DNA of 64,000 bases from an uncultured Candidatus Saccharibacteria bacterium (GTDB taxonomy: Bacteria; Patescibacteriota; Minisyncoccia; Phycocordibacterales; Phycocordibacteraceae): the NCBI GenBank assembly GCA_964507275.1, contig CAZDPG010000001.1, positions 86,503 to 150,502 on the forward strand, in the 5' to 3' direction. The position numbers and the translations under genes were made by a program. Positions 55,824 to 64,000 of this stretch are shown one piece after another; positions within the stretch are counted from its first letter, which is position 1, and each line of letters opens with the position of its first letter. The notes under the pieces were generated by a model. That model was not told the DNA's origin. It was given only the letters and a program-made list of their open reading frames with translations, and ran no database searches.

Positions 55824-56192
55824 TTAGTAGCCACCGCGGCCGTAGCCGCCCTGTGCGCCACCACCGAAGCCGCCGCGATCACCGCCGCCGAAACCGCCTT
55901 CGCGGCGAGGAGGACGATCACCCTGTGGGCGAGCGAAAGAAACGGAGAGCGTGCGCCCGTCCATCTCCTTGCCATCCCAACGGTCGATAGCTGCCTGAGC
56001 TTCCGCCTCGGTAGCCATCTCGACGAAGCCGAAGCCGCGTGAGCGGCCCGTCATACGGTCGCTAATGATGCTGGCAGAAGCGACATTACCGGCCTCGCTA
56101 AAGGCCTTCTTGAGATCGTCTTCTGTCGAGCGATAGGGAATGCCGCCTACGTAGAGCTTGTTTCCCTGAACTGATGCCTGCTGATTATCCAT
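55824..56192 (-). CDS. RRM-domain RNA-binding protein with Gly-rich tail
   Basis: RNP2 KLYVGG, RNP1 RGFGFVEM, GGFGGG repeats. Confidence 0.95.
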   Translation of the reverse strand: MDNQQASVQGNKLYVGGIPYRSTEDDLKKAFSEAGNVASASIISDRMTGRSRGFGFVEMATEAEAQAAIDRWDGKEMDGRTLSVSFARPQGDRPPRREGGFGGGDRGGFGGGAQGGYGRGGY

Positions 56193-56462
56193 GTGTAGAT
56201 CTAAACCGGTTAATCTCGCCGAAACTGAACACGTGCCGTCTTTTTATGAGAGCGGAGCGAAGCTCGAATACTCTGCGAGTAAAAAACAGTATGCCAGAAA
56301 TCTGTAAAAGGCGCAAGGTAGCTGGGGATAACCGGTAAAGAGTCTTGATTATTTTATAAAAAGATGTATTCTTCAAAAGTCGTATGCCACCTGCCGAGTG
56401 CAGAGAGCCATCGACAAAGGGGAAGTTCTTTCAGAAACGAAAAAGAGAAGGACGTGAGCGCC

Positions 56463-56774
56463 ATGGCAAACATAGATGCAGATGAAGCACCTGATGTGAA
56501 CGAACGTGTCGGCTTTGCGCCGATTCATGACAAGGTTTCCACCGAGGAAGTCGTGGGTATCGAAGTCGCGAGCGATGAAGCTGGCGACGATGACGAACAC
56601 CACCAGCCTTCCTATGGCGGGTTTCCGGAAATCCTGAGAACCAATCTGTTCAACGGCCCGATGATCCGCAGTCGCGACGATGCGCGGTATGACATGCTCA
56701 TGTCGGCTTCGACGGCGCGGGGTGCTCAGGTCGTGCGGGGCGGTCTTCGCGCCTCTGGGCGAATACGTTTCTGA
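56463..56774 (+). CDS. Hypothetical protein with acidic N-half and basic C-end (ORFan islet)
   Basis: Purine-rich leader, downstream terminator at about 56790-56826. Confidence 0.5.
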   Translation: MANIDADEAPDVNERVGFAPIHDKVSTEEVVGIEVASDEAGDDDEHHQPSYGGFPEILRTNLFNGPMIRSRDDARYDMLMSASTARGAQVVRGGLRASGRIRF

Positions 56775-56945
56775 CCTTTTTCGCAGCGCAAAAGGGCGTC
56801 CGGTTCACCGGGCGCTTTTTTATTTCCCGCCGCCCTGGCGTACTACTGCGCAGAGGTGTTGACAAGAGGGGTGGACAGGTAGACGATTGTACTATCCACT
56901 GGCGGGGGCCAGCGAGATTATTAGCTCGCGATAATTCCAAAACCC

Positions 56946-59900
56946 ATGAACAACGCCTTTCGTGTGTCTGTTCCCGTCCTCTCTCTGATTTTTGCGTTCG
57001 GAGTTTCTGCTCCAGTTGCGTTTGCTTCGACCTTCTTTGTCGACGCGACGGCCGTAGGTGCAAATGATGGCTCATCTCCATCAGATGCTTTTACAACCAT
57101 TCCTGCAGCCGTCGCTGCTGCGCAGACCGCTGGCGATATTATTAGTATTGCGGATGGAACGTACACGCTCTCCAGCACTTTGGACGTCACACAAGGCGTC
57201 ACGATTGAAGGGGCAAGTGAGAGCGGTACTATTATTGACGCGAGTTCCGTCAATGGTTATGGCATTGCTCCTCATAATGCAGAAGGAGTTGTTCTTCAAA
57301 ACTTCACACTCGCTGGCCCCACAGCGAACTCAAGCGGCAAGTATGGCATTAAGGCGTACGATCTCACCAGCTTCACCATCCGTAATGTAACCGTGCATGG
57401 GTCTGGAAGATCAGAAATTGATCTTAATCGTGTTACAGGCGCTAGTTTAATTGAGAACGTTACTGCCAATGGAGAAGACACTGCAGGTGTCGGCGTCGCT
57501 CTTAGTAATTCGAGTGGGGTGACGCTTCGCAATATAACCACTCTCGGGAACACATGGGGAAGCGTTGGTCTCTATGACACGACTTCTGGCCCTACTACCA
57601 ATATCGTATTCGAGGGTACTAATTCTTTCGGGGAGACAGACTACGTCATTTATATTGATGCCGAGTATGGTTTCGGAGTCTCAAATATCACCCTTCCTCC
57701 GGGTTTTGGCTGGGCGGTGCGCAATACGGTCTTTCGTGCTGGTCGGAGTGATGACTTCACTCTCTTCCAATCTTCAAAGGATGCCGCTGTTGCCACTGCG
57801 CTTTCTCTCCAAACCTCACCATATTCGGTGAACACTGCGTCCTATGTTCAGACAGTCGCGCCGGATGGCTCCCTCGAGAATAGCTTCGTCGTGGGAGAAG
57901 GTATGAGTGTTCAAACTGCGGTCACAGCCGCAGCTCCCGGAGGTACGATTAATGTCGCTGCGGGGACATATATTGAACAGGTAACGATAGTTAAGGACCT
58001 AACAGTAACCGGTGTCGGTGACACGACGATTATTCAATCGCCCAATACCCTTACTACAACGTTCTCGGACTCGAGTAGCAATACAATGAAGCCGATTATA
58101 ACTGTGAGTGGGGCCACAGTAGCCCTCTCGCGGCTTAAAGTAGACGGGCTCGGCAAAGGCAATTCGAACAATCGTTTTGTCGGTATTGGTTTCTTCAATG
58201 CTGGCGGCTCTGTTAACAACACGACAGTGACCGGTGTGCGCAACACACCACTCGATGGTGTTCAACATGGTGTCGGTGTTTATGCGTATAACGCGGACGC
58301 GAATGTTCGTACGCTTACCGTCTCAACAAGTAATGTTAACGATTATCAGAAGAACGCAATGGTGTTCACGGGTGCAGGATTGACTGTTAACGTTAACGGA
58401 AATACCACAACTGGTGCTGGCGCACAAACGATGACTGCACAGAACGGCATCCAATTGGGTACCGGAGTAACAGGCACAGTACAAAATAATATTGTAAGTG
58501 GTAATCTATGCAGTCATTCAAGTTGCGGTAGTGATTGGTACACAAAGACGCAATCTGTAGGGATTATGCTCTACAATGCCGCAGGTCCGGTAACAATTTC
58601 TGGCAACCAAATATCGACCTCCGATATGGGAATCTACGACCAGCACACGATTGGGACTGTTACCATTCAGGATAACGTTCTAGTAAACAATCGTTACTTC
58701 GGTGTCTTGCTTGCAGCAGGAGATGTCTATATCAACAGGGGCTCGATTTCGGGTAGTAACATCGGCGTCATGAATCCTTCGGATCGTACCGCTTCAGTTT
58801 CTGATCCGATGGTGAGAAATATGAACTTGGGTGACAGTACCATTGGTGTCCAGAATGACGCTTCGTATGTTGTTGATGCCGTTAACAACTGGTGGGGGAC
58901 AGCGAGTTCGATGGAAATTTCTGCAAAGATTTTTGGTTCTGGGACCGTTACCTTTGATCCGTGGTACACCAGTGCGGCTATGACAACGCTCTCGGATGGC
59001 GCTGCGACCAATGCGACGTATACCTCTACGACTGCAGGCGAGGTTGATATGCCAACAGGAGCGACCGATGTCGTCCTCACCGACACGACAGTGATGAATC
59101 TTTCTGCTGGATTGGTGAGTGACTCAGTCACTTTGCAATCAGGAGTAGATACGCAGCCAGTCGTCCTGACGAATTCAAGCCTCGCTGGCGTTAGCGCGAG
59201 CATCCCTGACGGGACGACAATCACTGGGCCAAGCGGCTGGGACGGCATATTAACACCTCCGGTCTCCGTCACGTCAAGCGGCAATGCTCCAGCAGGATTC
59301 AGTGTCGAAGGTACTGTTGTTAACATCGGGAGTTCTCTCGGTACGCTCTTGTTCGGTAGTCCCGTAACGGTATTCCTACCGAACGTCACAGGGACGGTTG
59401 GATACAAGGCCGCCGGCTCAAGTTCCTGGAACACAATCGCTGCCTGCGCGGGTAATTATGATAATCCCACGAGCCCAACATCCCCAGGTGAATGCTCAGT
59501 AACCAACGGCACACACACGAAGATTCTCACGTACCACTTCACGACATTCGGTGGTCTTAATCCGGCAACCCCGGTCATCACACCGAACGGTGTTGTCTTC
59601 AGCGGTTCGGTTGATGTGGAGATGAATGTTGTGGCGGGCACAGATATTCACTACACGATAGGCGGCGCGACGCCGACCTGCAGCTCCACGCCCTATTCGA
59701 GCACACTCACATTCCACAGCCCGACAGTGCTGAAGGCAGTGCGCTGCGACGGAACAAAGGTCTCGGAAGTAGCGACGGCGACGTTTGTCCTCGTGTCGAA
59801 CTCAGGCGGTGGCGGTGGCGGCAGCAGTGTCGTTGTAGCTACACCAGCAACACCTGCGACACCGGCAACGCCGACTGTGACACCAGCTACGCCTGCAACC

Positions 59901-60311
59901 CCAGCCACACCGGCAACTCCAGCGCGAGGCCGGGTGCTCGGTGCAGCGACGTTCAACTTCGCCAAGAACCTCATGCTCGGATCACGCGGGGCGGATGTCA
60001 CCGCGCTCCAGCAGTACTTGATTGATTCCGGCTATGCGCTACCAGCTGGCGCAACGGGTTACTTTGGTGCCCAGACGAAAGCAGCGGTCATAGCGTTCCA
60101 GAAGGCACGCGGTATCGCCCAGGTTGGCTCAGTCGGTCCGCTCACGCGTGCCGAGCTCAACAAGGGTGTCATCGCTACGACTCCTGAGACATCAGCTCCG
60201 TCTTCTTCTAGTCTTACGGTCTCGCAAGTGAACTCAGTCATCTCGCTCCTCACCGCATTCGGCGTGGACCAGACGACTATCGACAGTGTGCGCGCGACGC
60301 TCACGAAGTAA
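56946..60311 (+). CDS. Large secreted protein with two pectin-lyase-like beta-helix modules, Fn3/chitobiase-like domain, PAT linker and peptidoglycan-binding domain
   Basis: Signal peptide (AFA), TTIPAAV..GDIISIADGTY and VQTAV..GGTINVAAGTY caps, NNWWG, IHYTIGGATP, GSRGADVTALQQYL..GYFGAQTKAAVIAFQ. Confidence 0.9.
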   Translation: MNNAFRVSVPVLSLIFAFGVSAPVAFASTFFVDATAVGANDGSSPSDAFTTIPAAVAAAQTAGDIISIADGTYTLSSTLDVTQGVTIEGASESGTIIDASSVNGYGIAPHNAEGVVLQNFTLAGPTANSSGKYGIKAYDLTSFTIRNVTVHGSGRSEIDLNRVTGASLIENVTANGEDTAGVGVALSNSSGVTLRNITTLGNTWGSVGLYDTTSGPTTNIVFEGTNSFGETDYVIYIDAEYGFGVSNITLPPGFGWAVRNTVFRAGRSDDFTLFQSSKDAAVATALSLQTSPYSVNTASYVQTVAPDGSLENSFVVGEGMSVQTAVTAAAPGGTINVAAGTYIEQVTIVKDLTVTGVGDTTIIQSPNTLTTTFSDSSSNTMKPIITVSGATVALSRLKVDGLGKGNSNNRFVGIGFFNAGGSVNNTTVTGVRNTPLDGVQHGVGVYAYNADANVRTLTVSTSNVNDYQKNAMVFTGAGLTVNVNGNTTTGAGAQTMTAQNGIQLGTGVTGTVQNNIVSGNLCSHSSCGSDWYTKTQSVGIMLYNAAGPVTISGNQISTSDMGIYDQHTIGTVTIQDNVLVNNRYFGVLLAAGDVYINRGSISGSNIGVMNPSDRTASVSDPMVRNMNLGDSTIGVQNDASYVVDAVNNWWGTASSMEISAKIFGSGTVTFDPWYTSAAMTTLSDGAATNATYTSTTAGEVDMPTGATDVVLTDTTVMNLSAGLVSDSVTLQSGVDTQPVVLTNSSLAGVSASIPDGTTITGPSGWDGILTPPVSVTSSGNAPAGFSVEGTVVNIGSSLGTLLFGSPVTVFLPNVTGTVGYKAAGSSSWNTIAACAGNYDNPTSPTSPGECSVTNGTHTKILTYHFTTFGGLNPATPVITPNGVVFSGSVDVEMNVVAGTDIHYTIGGATPTCSSTPYSSTLTFHSPTVLKAVRCDGTKVSEVATATFVLVSNSGGGGGGSSVVVATPATPATPATPTVTPATPATPATPATPARGRVLGAATFNFAKNLMLGSRGADVTALQQYLIDSGYALPAGATGYFGAQTKAAVIAFQKARGIAQVGSVGPLTRAELNKGVIATTPETSAPSSSSLTVSQVNSVISLLTAFGVDQTTIDSVRATLTK
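59838..59924 (+). repeat. 9-nt-period (Ala-Thr-Pro)n coding repeat
   Basis: ATPATPATPATPTVTPATPATPATPATPA. Confidence 0.85.
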
Positions 60312-60329
60312 GCCTTTCACAGGGCAGTA

Positions 60330-60369
60330 GACAACCCCCAGCCGTTCCTGGCAGGGGGTTGTTTGTTTG
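60330..60369 (+). terminator. Intrinsic terminator
   Basis: GACAACCCCCAGCC-GTTCCT-GGCAGGGGGTTGTT followed by a T-rich tract. Confidence 0.75.
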
Positions 60370-60396
60370 TGAGATTCGTTGTATTGTAATCTGACC

Positions 60397-61380
60397 ATGG
60401 GAAACCCTCGCAAGCCGTTCCTGCACCATCTCCACGACTATTTCTTCCCGCATTCACGCAATAATTATCGCCCACATCTTTTCAGCGGCATATCGGTTGC
60501 GGTGCTTGTCATCGCTATTATCCTGCTCGAAGGCGCCTATCTCGTGCAGACGAAATTCGTCTTCCTGGAGACTGATTTCCTCGCGTCCGTATTGCCAGGT
60601 GCGCTCGTAGCGCTCACGAACGAGGATCGAGAGATGCACGGGCTCGCGGGCGTCACTGAAGACGCCGTGCTGAGCCGTGCTGCACAAGCCGCTGCGGAAG
60701 ACATGGCAGCGAACGGTTATTTCGCCCACGTATCGCCGGATGGGAAGACACCGTGGTATTGGCTGGAGCAGGTCGGCTACCGATACAGCTATGCGGGAGA
60801 GAATCTCGCCGTGAACTTCACCGACTCGGTGGATGTCGAATCAGCGTGGATGGAGTCGCCGACGCATCGTGCGAATATTGTGAAGCCGCAGTACACGCAT
60901 GTCGGATTCGGTACAGCGCACGGCATGTACGAAGGACAGGAGACTACGTTTGTCGTGGAGTTCTTTGCGACACCCTCTACGACAGTCGAGGTTAGCGCTG
61001 CGCCCGTCGCTCTCGCGATAGACGTTGTGACCGAGACTACGACGTCTACCACTTCGACACAGGTGCTCGGCACGCAGTCTGCGAGTATTGCCGCAGCCGC
61101 GGCACCGGCTGTCTCTCATACACCAAGCTGGCTCGCTCGCGTGCTCGCTTCGCCTTTGAATACACTTCTAGCAATCCTTTCGGTTCTTCTAGCTATCATC
61201 GTCATCGCATTCACGATTGCCATGCTTATGCGAGCGCAGCACCCGAGCGTGATTGTCGGCGGCGCATTACTGGTCGCGCTCATCGGGACATCGATGCTCC
61301 TCAGTTCAGACCTCGCTGGCTCTGTGGAGCTCGTCCCTGACGCGCAGTCTGCTGCCGTCGGTGCAGCGTTTTATCAATAA
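60397..61380 (+). CDS. Membrane-anchored CAP (SCP) domain protein
   Basis: LTNEDR, DMAANGYFAHVSPDG, AGENLA, WMESPTHRANI; C-terminal TM pair. Confidence 0.92.
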   Translation: MGNPRKPFLHHLHDYFFPHSRNNYRPHLFSGISVAVLVIAIILLEGAYLVQTKFVFLETDFLASVLPGALVALTNEDREMHGLAGVTEDAVLSRAAQAAAEDMAANGYFAHVSPDGKTPWYWLEQVGYRYSYAGENLAVNFTDSVDVESAWMESPTHRANIVKPQYTHVGFGTAHGMYEGQETTFVVEFFATPSTTVEVSAAPVALAIDVVTETTTSTTSTQVLGTQSASIAAAAAPAVSHTPSWLARVLASPLNTLLAILSVLLAIIVIAFTIAMLMRAQHPSVIVGGALLVALIGTSMLLSSDLAGSVELVPDAQSAAVGAAFYQ

Positions 61381-61391
61381 ACTACTGGCTT

Positions 61392-61460
61392 ATGAAACGC
61401 ATCTTCGCCCTCATCATCGTCATCCTGCTCGCCCTCGGCATGGTCGGGATGCTTTTCTAA
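61392..61460 (+). CDS. 22-aa single-TM microprotein
   Basis: MKRIFALIIVILLALGMVGMLF; TAAACT 8 nt upstream; fills the intergenic gap. Confidence 0.55.
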   Translation: MKRIFALIIVILLALGMVGMLF

Positions 61461-61465
61461 TCCGA

Positions 61466-63136
61466 TTACGGCTTTGCTGACGTGTGGACGAGGTCTCGTT
61501 TGATGTCCTCAAACGTACCGCCGACTTTTTTCCCGGGATTGAATACGTTCAAGGGGTCGAACACGTTCTTCGTCTTCTGGAAGAGATTAACCATTTCTTT
61601 TCCGAAGAGCATCGGGAGGTACGGCGTGCGGATGATGCCATCGTTGTGTTCACCGGTGGTGGTGCCGCCCTCGGCTATGACGAGCTCGTACACTTTCGGT
61701 GCGAGGTCGAATATGACCTGCCGATTCTCCTCTTTAGATAGGTCCATGAGCGGGATGATATGGAGATTCCCGTCGCCGATGTGGCCTGCGACGGTGTATA
61801 TGAAGTGCGACTCGTATTCGGCAAGAAGGGCATTCAGTTTCGGCAAGAAGTCCGGATATGAGGCGGGTGGTACGACGAAGTCGTCGATGAACGGGGCAGT
61901 GGAGAGGCCATGGAAGTTCTTGCGCAGGAGCGCGAAGCTCTCTCTCCGGACGATCCAGTATTTCTCCGATTCCTTCTCGTCCTTCTCTACTTTTGTCTGC
62001 AGGTGGAGGTCGGCAAGTGCGGCATGTGCTTCCGTTGCCCGCCGCAGAGCTTCCTCATGGGTTGCTTCAGCGAATTCCGCCATGAGGATGAGCTTGGGTA
62101 CGCCGCCGGTGGCGACCATGAGCGCTTCGGGGATGAAGCTCATACCGAGCCGGAAAGCTTTCAGGAGGCCCATCTGCTTCAGCAAATCGGGGAGCAGCTT
62201 TATCGCGAGCGTGAGCGTGTGATCGTCGTAGCTCTCGAACGACTCCGGTTCTTCCTCCAGAACACGCTGTACGACTTCAGGCAGTATCTCAAGGTCGGAG
62301 AGGAAGATGACGAGCATTGCACGATGCTCTTTGGGTGTGACGAGTGAGAGCTTTGCTTTCGTCCAGAGCGCGAGCGTGCCCTGCGAGCCGCAGATGAGTT
62401 TAGCGAGGTTGAATACACCGGTCTGGGAATCGCGGACACTCCAGAGCGCGTACCCGGCAGAGTTCTTCGATACCTTCGGCCGGTGCTCTTCGATGAGCTT
62501 CTTATTCTCCGAGAGGAGTGCATCCATCTCGCGATAGATTGAGCCTTCAAGCGTTCCGAGCTTCTTCTTTTCTTCGAGCTCCGCTCTCGTGAGCGGACCG
62601 AAGTTCACTTGCGAGCCGTCAGAGAGCACGACGTCGACCGAGTCGATATACTTCTCGGTCTTGCCGTATTTGAGCGTGCGTTCGCCGCCAGAATTGTTCG
62701 ATATGATGCCGCCCATCGCGGCGATATTGCGGCTGGCGGGATAGGAGGGAAGCAGGAGACCTTTCTCAAGAGTCGCTTTCTCGAAGTCGCGATAGAAGAC
62801 GCCCGGCTCGGTGACGGCGTAGTCGCTGCCGACCTCACCCATATGATTCATGTGTTTCGTGAACGACATGACGATGCTCGTGGTGAGCGGGCCGCCGGAC
62901 ATATCGGTGCCACCAGCGCGCGCAGTGAGCGATACGTCCGCTCCTGTCTCGCGGGCGTGGGCCACCTCTTTCACTATCGCGCTCACGTCATCTCTATCCT
63001 GCGGATACACGATGAGCTCCGGCATACGGGCGAAGAGAGACGTGTCGCGCGACGCGATGCGTCGATCTTTTCCATTGCTCGTCACTTCGCCCTTCATCAC
63101 TCCTGCAAGCGTTTTCTTCAAATCATCGGTAGTCAT
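61466..63136 (-). CDS. FAD-binding oxidoreductase (GlcD/D-lactate dehydrogenase, VAO family)
   Basis: RAGGTDMSG, GGIISNNSGG, GSQGTL, GHIGDGNLH, GEHNDG, FDPLNVFNPGK. Confidence 0.92.
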   Translation of the reverse strand: MTTDDLKKTLAGVMKGEVTSNGKDRRIASRDTSLFARMPELIVYPQDRDDVSAIVKEVAHARETGADVSLTARAGGTDMSGGPLTTSIVMSFTKHMNHMGEVGSDYAVTEPGVFYRDFEKATLEKGLLLPSYPASRNIAAMGGIISNNSGGERTLKYGKTEKYIDSVDVVLSDGSQVNFGPLTRAELEEKKKLGTLEGSIYREMDALLSENKKLIEEHRPKVSKNSAGYALWSVRDSQTGVFNLAKLICGSQGTLALWTKAKLSLVTPKEHRAMLVIFLSDLEILPEVVQRVLEEEPESFESYDDHTLTLAIKLLPDLLKQMGLLKAFRLGMSFIPEALMVATGGVPKLILMAEFAEATHEEALRRATEAHAALADLHLQTKVEKDEKESEKYWIVRRESFALLRKNFHGLSTAPFIDDFVVPPASYPDFLPKLNALLAEYESHFIYTVAGHIGDGNLHIIPLMDLSKEENRQVIFDLAPKVYELVIAEGGTTTGEHNDGIIRTPYLPMLFGKEMVNLFQKTKNVFDPLNVFNPGKKVGGTFEDIKRDLVHTSAKP

Positions 63137-63183
63137 GGGGATAGTATACTCGCTCTTCGCCTGTCGGTGGTATGTTGAAATCA

Positions 63184-64000
63184 ATGCGCATCCTTGTCGG
63201 GGCGGTTGTGATGCTTTTTATGAGCACTCCACTCATTGGCCATGCCGCTGTGCCTGAGCCATTCACGTATTCTTCGCGTCTCATAGGGATGAGACAGATT
63301 CCAGGAACCCTAGGTGCGGTTACTACTGCCGTACGAACTGGCGATGCTCCGACACTTCAGGTGTACGTGCATAGCGACAACGGTGCACCATCTGTTTCGG
63401 CTGATCTTTCGGATTTCGGGCTTTCTAGCTCGGCTACAACCACAGGGACCTGGCTTGGGTATGGTGCCCTGTATTATCCCGCTTATTTCTACAACTTCGG
63501 CCCGCTTCCTATAATCGCTGATATCCCAGACGGCGTTCACAGTGTTTCAATCATCGCGACCAGCGCCACAGGGAGCGTACACGCATCGACCACGAGTATC
63601 GTCGTCGATAATGCATTACCAACCGTGATCCTTTCAGACATCACGTTCTCGGCTACTCCGCCCCATCATGGCGATTTTATGTATCTTTCAGGCTCATTAG
63701 ATGGGACTGGGAGCGCCGCAAAAGCATCGCAGGTGATGGTGTATCTTTCTGACGTGAGTGGTAATCCGGTAGTGAGCCCTGTCTTGGGAGGGTCGGCCTT
63801 TGGTCTCGATCCGAAGAGTATCAACGATGCTCTTGCTACGTCGACCAGCGGATTGTTCTCGAACGTGCCGATTAGGCTCAGTACCTACGGCGATCCGGAG
63901 CTTATCTCGCGCGCTACGAACTTCACGGTCGAGCTCGTCGTCTACGACGAAGCAGGGAATTTCGGCACGACACGGCTGACCGTGCCTGTTCCGAAACCGC
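63184..64000 (+). CDS. Secreted Ig-like repeat protein, 3'-truncated by window (absent from ORF track)
   Basis: MRILVGAVVMLFMSTPLIGHA signal; DGVHSVSI..VVDNALP and VYDEAGN Ig-like motifs; frame open to the window end. Confidence 0.8.
   Translation, partial: MRILVGAVVMLFMSTPLIGHAAVPEPFTYSSRLIGMRQIPGTLGAVTTAVRTGDAPTLQVYVHSDNGAPSVSADLSDFGLSSSATTTGTWLGYGALYYPAYFYNFGPLPIIADIPDGVHSVSIIATSATGSVHASTTSIVVDNALPTVILSDITFSATPPHHGDFMYLSGSLDGTGSAAKASQVMVYLSDVSGNPVVSPVLGGSAFGLDPKSINDALATSTSGLFSNVPIRLSTYGDPELISRATNFTVELVVYDEAGNFGTTRLTVPVPKP

Noticed and set aside
1-64000. CRISPR array, IS/transposase, prophage, rRNA, inteins or introns
   Set aside because: No spaced direct repeats or hallmark genes were seen, and dnaE, gyrB and rpoBC show no large insertions.
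1-64000. Alternative genetic code 25 (TGA=Gly)
   Set aside because: Conserved genes such as prfA, pheS and nusB end at TGA at the expected positions, and core genes read through without in-frame TGA.

Overview
This 64-kb window is bacterial chromosome (about 58-60% GC by eye, genetic code 11) and looks like Patescibacteria/Parcubacteria, probably Kaiserbacteria-like. The evidence is streamlined core proteins (short PheS/PheT, ThrS without its editing domain, short SMC, NusB-NUDIX fusion), a sortase and Ser/Thr-rich surface proteins. Core genes include rpmE2, prfA, rpsB, tsf, tRNA-Thr, pheST, gyrB, thrS, dnaE, rnhB, rpmF, nusB, rnc, smc, rnr, rpsP, khpA, trmD, rpoBC, dnaG, rpoD, hisS and prmC, with single-gene ORFan islets between them. 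Most notable: (1) an operon of a PaaK-like adenylating ligase and two Lnt-like membrane nitrilase-fold proteins that both lack the catalytic Glu, facing a degenerate GT2/UbiA pair; (2) an orphan DGR-type variable protein with a VR-like 3' end, preceded by a boxA-like motif and a perfect 21-bp inverted repeat; (3) an unannotated rod-shaped 114-nt ncRNA candidate (mini-6S-like) with its own promoter and terminator; (4) a sortase locus whose likely substrate has an internal IPYTG-TM signal followed by a ~235-aa cytoplasmic domain; (5) apparently leaderless core genes, including a 10-bp palindromic bidirectional -10 between dnaE and rnhB, whereas ORFans are SD-led. All calls come from reading motifs; no database searches were run.
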